DNA of 37,887 nucleotides, taken from positions 1-37,887 of IMG/VR virus record IMGVR_UViG_3300011441_000025. One strand, given 5' to 3'. The position numbers and the translations under genes were made by a program. Positions 16,333 through 23,855 of this stretch are shown here, piece by piece. The first letter of the stretch is position 1. Each line of letters opens with the position of its first letter. The notes below the pieces were generated by a model that made no database searches, was not told where the DNA came from, and saw only the letters and a list, made by a program, of their open reading frames with translations. This DNA is from a virus. Its lineage: Duplodnaviria; Caudoviricetes.

Positions 16333-17045
16333 CGCGCCACCCGCGCCGCGCTGTCCTTGATGGCCTGCCACCGGGGCCGCATCGCCGGCAGCGACACGTA
16401 GCGCCGATACGCGGCGTCTGACGTGTGCCACGCCTGCTCGAGCGCGGCCGTGCCCTTCGCGGCGACTGAGACCATCGTGTCGAGCCAGTCCTCGACGCCA
16501 GCCGGCTTGACCATCGTCGGCGCGGGCCGGGACACCGCGACGGGACCTTCGCGGTCGACCTCTTCGGCGCTGACCTCACCGAAGCCGACCAGGTTGCTGA
16601 TGGCGCGATTGAACGCGCGCGTGTGGGCGTGCGAGCGCACGTTGTGCTCGCTCGCCTTCATCCGGCCGCGCTGCTTCTCGGCCGCCGCACACGCGCCGTC
16701 GCCGGTGGTGGCTCGGCCCGTCTGTGTCCGCGCCACGTAGGTGACGACATAGACGTAGTTGTCGCTGCCGTCGTCGAGCGTGCCATGCACCTCGCGGCGC
16801 TCGTCGACGGGTTCGACGGTCAGGTTGAACGCCACCGCGAGCGCGCGCCAATAGCCCTTCTTGCGGAAGGGCTTGCCGTCGAGGCTCATGATCTGGTCGG
16901 GCATGGCGCGGTCGAGCGCCTGCTGCAGCTCGCGATAGGCGCCAAGCGCAGAGGCCATCTCCGCGCCGCAGAAGACGGGCAACGGCGACCCCTTGTCGGG
17001 GACCGCGAGGGCGGTGTCGGGGACGAGGGCGAGGGCGGTGCTCAT
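16329..17045 (-). CDS. putative single-strand annealing protein (non-ERF type)
   Basis: Directly upstream of the exonuclease; GKPFRKKGYW...GDGAC...HNVRSHAHTRAFNRAISNLVGFGEVSAEEV; C-terminus homologous to that of ERF 9337..10047. Confidence 0.65.
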   Translation of the reverse strand: MSTALALVPDTALAVPDKGSPLPVFCGAEMASALGAYRELQQALDRAMPDQIMSLDGKPFRKKGYWRALAVAFNLTVEPVDERREVHGTLDDGSDNYVYVVTYVARTQTGRATTGDGACAAAEKQRGRMKASEHNVRSHAHTRAFNRAISNLVGFGEVSAEEVDREGPVAVSRPAPTMVKPAGVEDWLDTMVSVAAKGTAALEQAWHTSDAAYRRYVSLPAMRPRWQAIKDSAARVAR

Positions 17046-17362
17046 CGCACACGCTCCACGTCCTGCTGCGCGTCACGCACGAGCGCGATGAGGGCGGCCT
17101 GGTCGGTGTCCACGGTGTAGACATTCGCGAGCCGCTCGATGATGGTCTGGTCGAGCAGCTCCTCCTCGAGGAGGTCCGCGATGGCCGCGACCAGCTGCTT
17201 CTCGCTGGCGCCCTCCTCGATCCACTCGTTGGCGGTGGTGACGATCGACTGCGCGAGCGTCTGGCACCACGCGGGCGCGGGCGGGGGGGGCGTCGGCATG
17301 AGTTGATAGGTGACGGTCGCGGTGCCACGCGCGACGTCCTCATAGACGAGTACGCGCTTCAT
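17042..17362 (-). CDS. hypothetical protein
   Basis: ATGA-coupled on both sides. Confidence 0.7.
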   Translation of the reverse strand: MKRVLVYEDVARGTATVTYQLMPTPPPPAPAWCQTLAQSIVTTANEWIEEGASEKQLVAAIADLLEEELLDQTIIERLANVYTVDTDQAALIALVRDAQQDVERVR

Positions 17363-17577
17363 CGGCGCTCTCCCATGGCAGCGTAGACCTTGTCGAGCAC
17401 GGTCGTCAGCAGTGTAGCGGAGGCGTCAACCACCGCGAGCTCGCCCGCGAGGAAGTCTGCGCAGGTCGCGCAGGTGGGACGCAGGGTGTGCCGCTCGGCG
17501 TCCTGGCGCCGGTGGCCGCAGATGGCGACCTCGGCGTCGTCCTCGGCGTGGAAGTAGTGCGATACTGGCTGTAGCAT
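17359..17577 (-). CDS. small zinc-finger-like protein
   Basis: HYFH...ICGH...PTCATC; AAGGAGG RBS. Confidence 0.7.
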   Translation of the reverse strand: MLQPVSHYFHAEDDAEVAICGHRRQDAERHTLRPTCATCADFLAGELAVVDASATLLTTVLDKVYAAMGERR

Positions 17578-17657
17578 GACTGGCGCCCTCCTTCGGCGCC
17601 TTTGGTGTTAGCGTCGCGGCGGTGGTTGCACACCGTCGCGGCGCGTCTGACTGTCCT

Positions 17658-17687
17658 ACTCTACTAAAATCGCTTTAGCACTGTCAA
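17658..17687 (-). promoter_or_regulatory. sigma70-type promoter TTGACA-18-TAGAGT
   Basis: -35 at 17682-17687, -10 at 17658-17663; spacer holds TGCTAAAGCG. Confidence 0.55.
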
Positions 17688-17878
17688 GCGTCAATCACCA
17701 CGCGGCGCTCGGTGAGCATCCGCTCGAGGTCGGCCGTGGTGAGCTGGCGCATGACACGCGACACCTGGATGGCCGTGCCGCGCTGGCCGTTGTACTGGCA
17801 CCAGAGGCTCGCGAGCGACTGGTGGCGAAGAAAGGGGCGGGGGTCACAGTTGGTGTCGCGTTCGGTCAGATTCATCAT
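17684..17878 (-). CDS. hypothetical protein, probably leaderless
   Basis: ATG lies 7 nt after a -10 box; no SD. Confidence 0.55.
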   Translation of the reverse strand: MMNLTERDTNCDPRPFLRHQSLASLWCQYNGQRGTAIQVSRVMRQLTTADLERMLTERRVVIDA

Positions 17879-17885
17879 GTAGAGA

Positions 17886-17914
17886 ATTATGCACGACGCG
17901 CTTTAGCATGTCAA
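17886..17914 (-). promoter_or_regulatory. sigma70-type promoter TTGACA-17-CATAAT
   Basis: -35 at 17909-17914, -10 at 17886-17891; spacer starts with TGCTAAAGCG. Confidence 0.7.
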
Positions 17915-18120
17915 GGGGTCTTCTCACTTTTCTTCGGTTTGTTCCAGCGGGCATTCGCGGCCTTGCGGGCCACGGCCTGGCGCTGCAGCGGGGTCATGGT
18001 TTCCATGCGACGCGCACCGCCGATGCGCCCACCCTTCTTGGCGAGCGCGCGCATGTAGGCCGAAAAGCCCGCGGGCCGGGGCGGCATGTCTGAGTCAGCT
18101 TGCTTGGTTCGCTTAGGCAT
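17911..18120 (-). CDS. small basic KGG-motif protein
   Basis: LAKKGGRIGGARRMETMTPLQRQAVARKAANARW, a recurrent small basic protein pattern in mobile elements. Confidence 0.75.
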   Translation of the reverse strand: MPKRTKQADSDMPPRPAGFSAYMRALAKKGGRIGGARRMETMTPLQRQAVARKAANARWNKPKKSEKTP

Positions 18121-18137
18121 TGTGCTACTATAGCAGC
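18121..18137. promoter_or_regulatory. bidirectional extended -10 promoter
   Basis: TGCTACTATAGCA reads TGn-TACTAT on + and TGn-TATAGT on -, each 6 nt before a divergent ATG. Confidence 0.6.
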
Positions 18138-18380
18138 ATGAGCACAAACGAGCCAAGCCCGCCAGATCGCTTCAACGCCGGCTTGACGCGCATGGGCCGC
18201 GCGATTCGTCGCGCCCATGCCGCATTCGATGAAGCCGACGAGGCGTTCGAGGAAGCGATGCACGCGCTCATCGTCCTGACGGAGACGCACGGCTCCGTCG
18301 AAGCGCAACTCGCCGACCTCCGCGAGAGCGTCAGCGAATTACAACGGGTGCTGCTCGAACAGCGCAACGGGGAGTCGTAG
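18138..18380 (+). CDS. coiled-coil hypothetical protein
   Basis: 80 aa from ATG 18138; heptads VEAQLADLRESVSELQRVL. Confidence 0.65.
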   Translation: MSTNEPSPPDRFNAGLTRMGRAIRRAHAAFDEADEAFEEAMHALIVLTETHGSVEAQLADLRESVSELQRVLLEQRNGES

Positions 18381-18382
18381 CG

Positions 18383-19414
18383 TCAGGCGTCCGCGATGAC
18401 TTGGAACTCATGCGTGTAATAGCCATTCGCATCTGGCACCGCGGTCGGCAGCTGAATGCGTCCGCGCGGATGGCCGCTCCCGTCGACGATGAGCTTGATC
18501 CCGAAGAACGGCCACGCGACGGACGGCACGGCGCCGGGGTCGGGGAGCGGCACCGCGTTGACCAACATGCCGTCATCAACCAGTCCGAGCAACTTGGCTT
18601 CGTAGTCATCCGCCGGCAGACCGACCCCGGCATCGTCGAGCAGCGAGAAAAAGTAGATGCGCCACTCGTCGAGCGTGGTGGGTGCCCCACCGGGCGCACC
18701 GGGCGCCACCGCCGGATTGCCGCCGCGATCCTGCCAGGCCCAGACGAGCGGGCCGGTGGTGGTGCCGGGGGCGCCGGGGGCGCCGGGGTCCGCGAGATGG
18801 CTCGCGAGGATATACCAGGTGCTGACGCCGTCGGGGGCCAGCATGATGGACGGCTGCGTGGTGTCGGTCACGCCGGAGAGGATATACGCCTCGGCCGCGC
18901 CATCGAGCAATTCGCTGCCGTTCGGCGTCACCGCGACCTGCGTGTCGCCCGTGTTCTTGACGGTGAGGAGCTGCGTGGCTTCGGCCGCTGGCAGCAGGTT
19001 CACGAGGCAGGGGTCTGGCCCGCCCGAGCTCGCGACGGTCACCAGGCGGTCACTGGCGACGGTGGTATAGCCGGACGTGACCGCCTTCGCGCCTTCGGTG
19101 AGCGCCTGGCCGAACCCGGCCGCGAATACGGCGCCGACGTCCTCGACGTCGTCGACCGTCCAGAGCGGGACGTCGGCGGCGGTGTCGAGGCGGAACTTGT
19201 AGCCCGTGGGCAACAAGTAAATGCTCGTCGCGCTCTGGCCCGCCGCGTTGAGCAGCGTCGGGTTGGCGTTCGCCACCGCGAGGTCAACGTCGCTATAGGT
19301 TGGCTGGGGCGTGTCAGTACCCGCGACAAACGAATAGAGCTTGCCGCTCGGAACGGGGTCTCCAGCGGCGTCGGTAAATTGGGGTTTGACCCACGGTAAG
19401 AGGCCGGCAGGCAT
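18383..19414 (-). CDS. tailspike-like protein: P22-type virion-binding N-domain plus unknown C-terminal domain
   Basis: PQFTDAAGDPVPSGKLYSFVAGTDTPQPTYSD...NANPTLLNAAG...YKFRL...WTVDDV; last gene of the late operon. Confidence 0.8.
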   Translation of the reverse strand: MPAGLLPWVKPQFTDAAGDPVPSGKLYSFVAGTDTPQPTYSDVDLAVANANPTLLNAAGQSATSIYLLPTGYKFRLDTAADVPLWTVDDVEDVGAVFAAGFGQALTEGAKAVTSGYTTVASDRLVTVASSGGPDPCLVNLLPAAEATQLLTVKNTGDTQVAVTPNGSELLDGAAEAYILSGVTDTTQPSIMLAPDGVSTWYILASHLADPGAPGAPGTTTGPLVWAWQDRGGNPAVAPGAPGGAPTTLDEWRIYFFSLLDDAGVGLPADDYEAKLLGLVDDGMLVNAVPLPDPGAVPSVAWPFFGIKLIVDGSGHPRGRIQLPTAVPDANGYYTHEFQVIADA

Positions 19415-19432
19415 AATTAGGAGTCCTCAGTT

Positions 19433-19660
19433 GTGATGAACCGCGTCCGCGCGCTGCTTATTGACTATCCCGCTCGATTCATGGATACCCACGTTTTCGT
19501 GGACGGCGTCTATCTCCCCACGCGCTGGGACCGCTATGTCCCGCGATGGCTGACCGTTCCGTGGTGGCTCATCAAAACGTATCTTGTGCTCGCCGGTGGC
19601 TTCGCCGTACTGATGTACCTGCTGCATCGTGCGGGTCTCCCGTCCCTCTGGCCTACTTAG
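19433..19660 (+). CDS. small membrane protein (moron-like, antisense to late operon)
   Basis: AGGAG RBS; hydrophobic WWLIKTYLVLAGGFAVLMYLL. Confidence 0.55.
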   Translation: MMNRVRALLIDYPARFMDTHVFVDGVYLPTRWDRYVPRWLTVPWWLIKTYLVLAGGFAVLMYLLHRAGLPSLWPT

Positions 19661-21236
19661 CCGGTGCTGGACGGAACTGTGCCGGCAAGGCCGCCGTAAT
19701 CCGTTGCACCGCTCCAGCAATGGCCGTTGGATTGCCAGACGCGAGGGCATCTGCGAGCCAGTGCTTCATCGGCGCGGTCACCCGTGTCGCCCAGCTCGGG
19801 GATTGCAGCAGACGCACCAGTTGCCGGCCAGCCAGCCCGTACAGCACCGCGTTCTGCACCTTGTCGCCGGCGTCCTCACCGCTCACGAGGCCACCAATGA
19901 CGCCAGCCCCGCCGGTCACGCCTGAAATCAATCCGCCGCCGTGCGCCTGCGTGCGCCGCTCGGTTTCCTTCAACACATTCTTCAGGCCGATCCAAAACGC
20001 ATACTCCTGATTGAGCGCATCGACGGTGGGACTCCCCTTCGCGAGCAGGTTGCGGAACGAGGACGCGGCTTCACGGATCGCCCACGCCGCCGCCGAATCG
20101 GTGGCCGACGCTTGCGCTTTTGGCCCGTAGAGGCCCGCTTTACTGACAATGCGGTCCCAGGTCGTCTTGATGACTGCCGCCCGATCGAAGGGAATGTCAG
20201 GCCCGATCTGCTGGACAAACGCGATCAGGTCATTGAGTTGCCGGATCACGGGTTCCGTCCCCGCAATGGGAATCAGCCGCCCCGTCGCCGTCGCGCGTGT
20301 CTGCAACCCCTCACGGGCGGCCCGCAGCGTGTCCACAATCTCCCAGCCTGACACGCTCGTCCCTGCTGCCGCGGCGTTCTGGACCGCCGTGCCAATCTTG
20401 GCGCCGACGTCCTTCACCTGGGCGCGCGCTAACGTCAACATCTCCTTTCGAGACCCCTTAACCCCACGGTCGAGCATCTGCGGGGCCAGCTTCGTGGCTT
20501 CCTCTTTCGCCCATTCCTTGGTCGGTCCCAACGCGCCGACGACCGACTTCTCGGCACTGCGCTCCAGCGCCCCAGCCGCGCGCGTCACGGCACCGCCGCC
20601 GGGGAACGCGGCTGAGAGGGTACCCGAGACGCCGGCCGTCGTCGGGTCGCCGGTCTGCGCCAGCGTGGTACCGGCGGCCTTCAACCCTTCAACGGCTCTG
20701 GCGTACTTGGCCGCGCGGGTCACCGGGACGAAGAACTCGGCGAGTTGTTCACCGGCAAATCCCGCCTGTTGCAATGGCGTCGTCGGTTGCACGTCTTGCC
20801 GGGCCTGCGCGAATAACGGGTCCGCCGGTTGCACGTCGCCAAAGGTGGCCCGCTGCGTGGCATCGCTAAGAGCGGCGACGAGTGGCACGTTCCGATAGAA
20901 GAGACCACCCAAGCCGATCGCGGTATTCGCCGCGCCCTTCAGCGGCCCGAGTGCCAAGTCCTGCACATTCTCTAGGAGCACATCACCACCGGCCGCCGGT
21001 TGCCGTCCCGCCATCCGCTCGCGCGCCGCGTGAAATTCCGCCGCAACATCCGGCGGCATGTCTCCCTGCTTGCCGGTGAGCCATTCCCAGAGCGTGGAGG
21101 ATCGAACGACCGCGTTGCCTTGCGCATCCTTCTCGTTCGTGGTTTGGAACACTGGCCGCGTGATGACCTCGCCCCCGATGGGCGGCAACTCTTGGACGAC
21201 TTCTCCACCAATGGGCGGGAGCGGATTCTGCGCCAT
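19653..21236 (-). CDS. putative ejection (internal virion) protein
   Basis: 527 aa Ala/Gly-rich helical protein at the P22 gp16 position; LPPIGGEV x2 at the N-terminus. Confidence 0.7.
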   Translation of the reverse strand: MAQNPLPPIGGEVVQELPPIGGEVITRPVFQTTNEKDAQGNAVVRSSTLWEWLTGKQGDMPPDVAAEFHAARERMAGRQPAAGGDVLLENVQDLALGPLKGAANTAIGLGGLFYRNVPLVAALSDATQRATFGDVQPADPLFAQARQDVQPTTPLQQAGFAGEQLAEFFVPVTRAAKYARAVEGLKAAGTTLAQTGDPTTAGVSGTLSAAFPGGGAVTRAAGALERSAEKSVVGALGPTKEWAKEEATKLAPQMLDRGVKGSRKEMLTLARAQVKDVGAKIGTAVQNAAAAGTSVSGWEIVDTLRAAREGLQTRATATGRLIPIAGTEPVIRQLNDLIAFVQQIGPDIPFDRAAVIKTTWDRIVSKAGLYGPKAQASATDSAAAWAIREAASSFRNLLAKGSPTVDALNQEYAFWIGLKNVLKETERRTQAHGGGLISGVTGGAGVIGGLVSGEDAGDKVQNAVLYGLAGRQLVRLLQSPSWATRVTAPMKHWLADALASGNPTAIAGAVQRITAALPAQFRPAPAK

Positions 21237-22700
21237 TTACTTGGTCCTGATCCACTTGCCGTTTTTGTAGGTCTGCTCCGTTCCCGGATGACCAGGGATC
21301 GGTTTCACGTCGCCTTCCTTCGCTTGACCTGTCGCCGTCGGCGCGACATACGCCCGACCGGCTTCACGCCGCATCGTCTCAAAGACGTACTCCCGATTCG
21401 CCTTTTTCAACGCGAGGGCATCGTCGGTGTCGCCGGGGACTGGCAGATATTGCGCCTTGGCCTCGGCAAACTCGGTCGGCGAAATCACCGCGCCCGACTC
21501 ACGACGGAGCACCGCGTTGATGAAGTTGCGCGCCGCCTGCATATATTTCTGGATCTCGGCCGATTGGAATGTCGGTCGTTTGCCGAGGGCGCGGCCGGTC
21601 TGCGCCTCAAAACTGACGATGTTCATGTCGCGGATGGACGAACCCACATCGGTAAAGACCGGCTCTGCCATCGTGACGCGCCCGGCATACCCCGCCGCCT
21701 TACCTTGCGCCTCGGTCGTCGGCGCCAGTGGTTGTCCGGCGCCGGCGGCGCGGATTTCTTGCGGAGTCTGGAGTGACGTGCCCTCAGCCCCAGGAGCCAC
21801 GGCCCACATAAATGGGCCTTGGGGGGGTGGCGGTGGGACGCGCTGGAAATTCGTAATCTCTTTGTCCTGATAGAACGTCTGTCTCGTTTTCGGGTTGACG
21901 AATGCGAGCACAGGTTCTTTCTGGCCCGGCAGCAGGACCCATTCGGATTGATGCGAGACCTGCTCGCCGGCCTTGGGCGTAAGCGCGAGTTGCGCGGCCC
22001 GCGCGACGTTCTCGGAGGAGAAGGCGCCCTTGCCCCCAAACAGATCCACCACCTGCTTCGGTCCACCAAATTCGAGGTACGTGTCGATCGCCGTGTCCCA
22101 CTCGGCGCCGTTCCTCGCCGCCAGGAGCGAGCCCCCAAGGGCCGCCTGGTACTCCCCTTTCAGGAAGTGATCGAGGTTCTTCTGGGCCGCCTCCATCCGC
22201 TCCTTCGCCGAGAGCAGGCCTTGGTGAAACGCCTGCCACTCCCCCGGTTCATCGCTCTGCGGGAGGAGCGGCGCCACCTCGGCCGAGACGCCCTGCAGAT
22301 ACTTGCGCATCTCCTGGGCCCGCGCGGGGTTCGCGACGACGATCCCCGCGACTTTCGCACCGAAATCTATGCCCGCCCCGCGCGCCTCAAGTGCGTACCT
22401 CGCCGTCAGTTGCTGCTCTTTCTTCGTCTGAGCGATCGTCTGCTCGAAGTCGAGCGCGGCCTTCGGCGCAATCTGTCGCAGCCGCGGCAGGGCTTTGTCC
22501 ATGTCGCCGCCGGTCTCGGTCAGGATCTGCCGGACGGCCGCCGCATCCTTCGCTTTCTCGCGCGCCTCCTCGGCCGCGAGCCGTCGCGCCTCGGTCTGCT
22601 CGCGCATCGCCTGCAGCTGCGCGACGGTCGACATCACCTCGAGCGGGTTCTGGATTTGCGGCGCTTGGACGCCGAGCGGGATGCGAGGGTCAATCGGCAT
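21237..22700 (-). CDS. putative ejection protein (P22 gp20 position)
   Basis: MPIDPRIPLGVQAPQIQNP...; C-terminal QAARNFINAVLRRESGAVISPTEF...YLPVPGD motif typical of podophage ejection proteins. Confidence 0.75.
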   Translation of the reverse strand: MPIDPRIPLGVQAPQIQNPLEVMSTVAQLQAMREQTEARRLAAEEAREKAKDAAAVRQILTETGGDMDKALPRLRQIAPKAALDFEQTIAQTKKEQQLTARYALEARGAGIDFGAKVAGIVVANPARAQEMRKYLQGVSAEVAPLLPQSDEPGEWQAFHQGLLSAKERMEAAQKNLDHFLKGEYQAALGGSLLAARNGAEWDTAIDTYLEFGGPKQVVDLFGGKGAFSSENVARAAQLALTPKAGEQVSHQSEWVLLPGQKEPVLAFVNPKTRQTFYQDKEITNFQRVPPPPPQGPFMWAVAPGAEGTSLQTPQEIRAAGAGQPLAPTTEAQGKAAGYAGRVTMAEPVFTDVGSSIRDMNIVSFEAQTGRALGKRPTFQSAEIQKYMQAARNFINAVLRRESGAVISPTEFAEAKAQYLPVPGDTDDALALKKANREYVFETMRREAGRAYVAPTATGQAKEGDVKPIPGHPGTEQTYKNGKWIRTK

Positions 22701-22703
22701 GGG

Positions 22704-23348
22704 TCACTTCCCTGGCGCGTACGGCGGAAGCTGGTACGGATAGCCCGACTGCCATCCGGGCAGCTGCTGACCGGGGTTCTGCCCCCCGCCGCCGTTCGGA
22801 TACAACGACTGCATCAGGTAGTACTGCTGCGCCATGTTCGTGGCGTTGTTGATGCCCTGCTGCCACGCATTGGCACTGCCGACCGTCCCGGCCGCGTTGG
22901 CGTTGCCTTGCTGCGTCAGGAGGTCGCCCGCGGTGTTGGCATACTGGCTGTTCTGCCCGGCCTGCGCACTCGCCGCGTTCATCCCCATGCCGGCCCAACC
23001 GAACAACTGGCTGTTGCGCTTGTCGTACTCGTTGCTCGCGTACTCCTGCCCGTAGCGTGTCAGCCCCTTGAGCGTGCCGCCGGTCAGGAGCGTGCCGCGC
23101 GCCGCGGCGCTGCGCTCGAGCGCCTTCAAGCCTTCGCCGAGCCGGAACTGATAGCCGGGACTGTTCTGCAAGGCGACGAGCGACTGCTGCGCGCTCGCCA
23201 GCCCGTCCTGGATGGGTGGCCCCGGCAGAGGGGCCGCCGGCGCCGCCGGTGGGCCTTGCTGGCCGAACCAGTCACCATTAGGGTCCGGTTCACCGGGCGC
23301 GATCCCGGTCGGGCCATTGCGCGCGAACTCACTGAGAGGAGAGGGCAT
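22704..23348 (-). CDS. gp7-like DNA transfer (pilot) protein, C-terminal half
   Basis: SPGYQFRLGEGLKALERSAAARGTLLTGGTLKGLTRYGQEYASNEY...GNANAAGTVGSANAW. Confidence 0.8.
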   Translation of the reverse strand: MPSPLSEFARNGPTGIAPGEPDPNGDWFGQQGPPAAPAAPLPGPPIQDGLASAQQSLVALQNSPGYQFRLGEGLKALERSAAARGTLLTGGTLKGLTRYGQEYASNEYDKRNSQLFGWAGMGMNAASAQAGQNSQYANTAGDLLTQQGNANAAGTVGSANAWQQGINNATNMAQQYYLMQSLYPNGGGGQNPGQQLPGWQSGYPYQLPPYAPGK

Positions 23349-23351
23349 GAT

Positions 23352-23855
23352 TCAGCCTCGCGTGGCGCCGCGCGCCAAGTAGTAATCGACCTGATCCGCC
23401 GGGACGGCCTTCGTCTGCCCGGTCGGGGCTCGCAGAAGCACCATGCCACCGCGGACCTGCTGCTCCCGCTGCGCCGCGAGGGCCAAGGGGCTGTTGGCGT
23501 TGCCCCCGCCCGGCAGCAGCCCACCCACGGCGGCCCCCAGCCCGCCCACGAAGCCGCCGCCGCCAGACGCGGGTTGCCCGACCTGCGACAGCGGCGTCAG
23601 CACCGGCGGCGCCTCGGCGGCCGGAGTCGGCAGGCCCATGAGTTGATGCCCGGCGGCGAGCGCGCCGGCGCCGTATTGCCGATACGGCGCGAGGTCGCCG
23701 CGCGTCTGCTGATACATCTGCCGCTGGACGTCGAGCGCTTTGTCGGCACTCGCGGCCTGCTGCGCGCTCGCCTTCTTCGCCGCCTGACTGGCTTTGTAGG
23801 AGCCATAGAGCTGCGCGCCGACGCCGGCAATCAAGAGCCCGGTCATCAAACCCAT
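23352..23855 (-). CDS. gp7-like DNA transfer (pilot) protein, N-terminal half
   Basis: AAKKASAQQAASADKALDVQRQMYQQTRGDLAPYRQYGAGAL; start at 23855 or 23846. Confidence 0.75.
   Translation of the reverse strand: MGLMTGLLIAGVGAQLYGSYKASQAAKKASAQQAASADKALDVQRQMYQQTRGDLAPYRQYGAGALAAGHQLMGLPTPAAEAPPVLTPLSQVGQPASGGGGFVGGLGAAVGGLLPGGGNANSPLALAAQREQQVRGGMVLLRAPTGQTKAVPADQVDYYLARGATRG

Noticed and set aside
6582-19414. DGR-like template/variable repeat between the stand-alone gene and the tailspike tip
   Set aside because: No reverse transcriptase; DNA is diverged at all bases rather than only adenines, and block order is permuted
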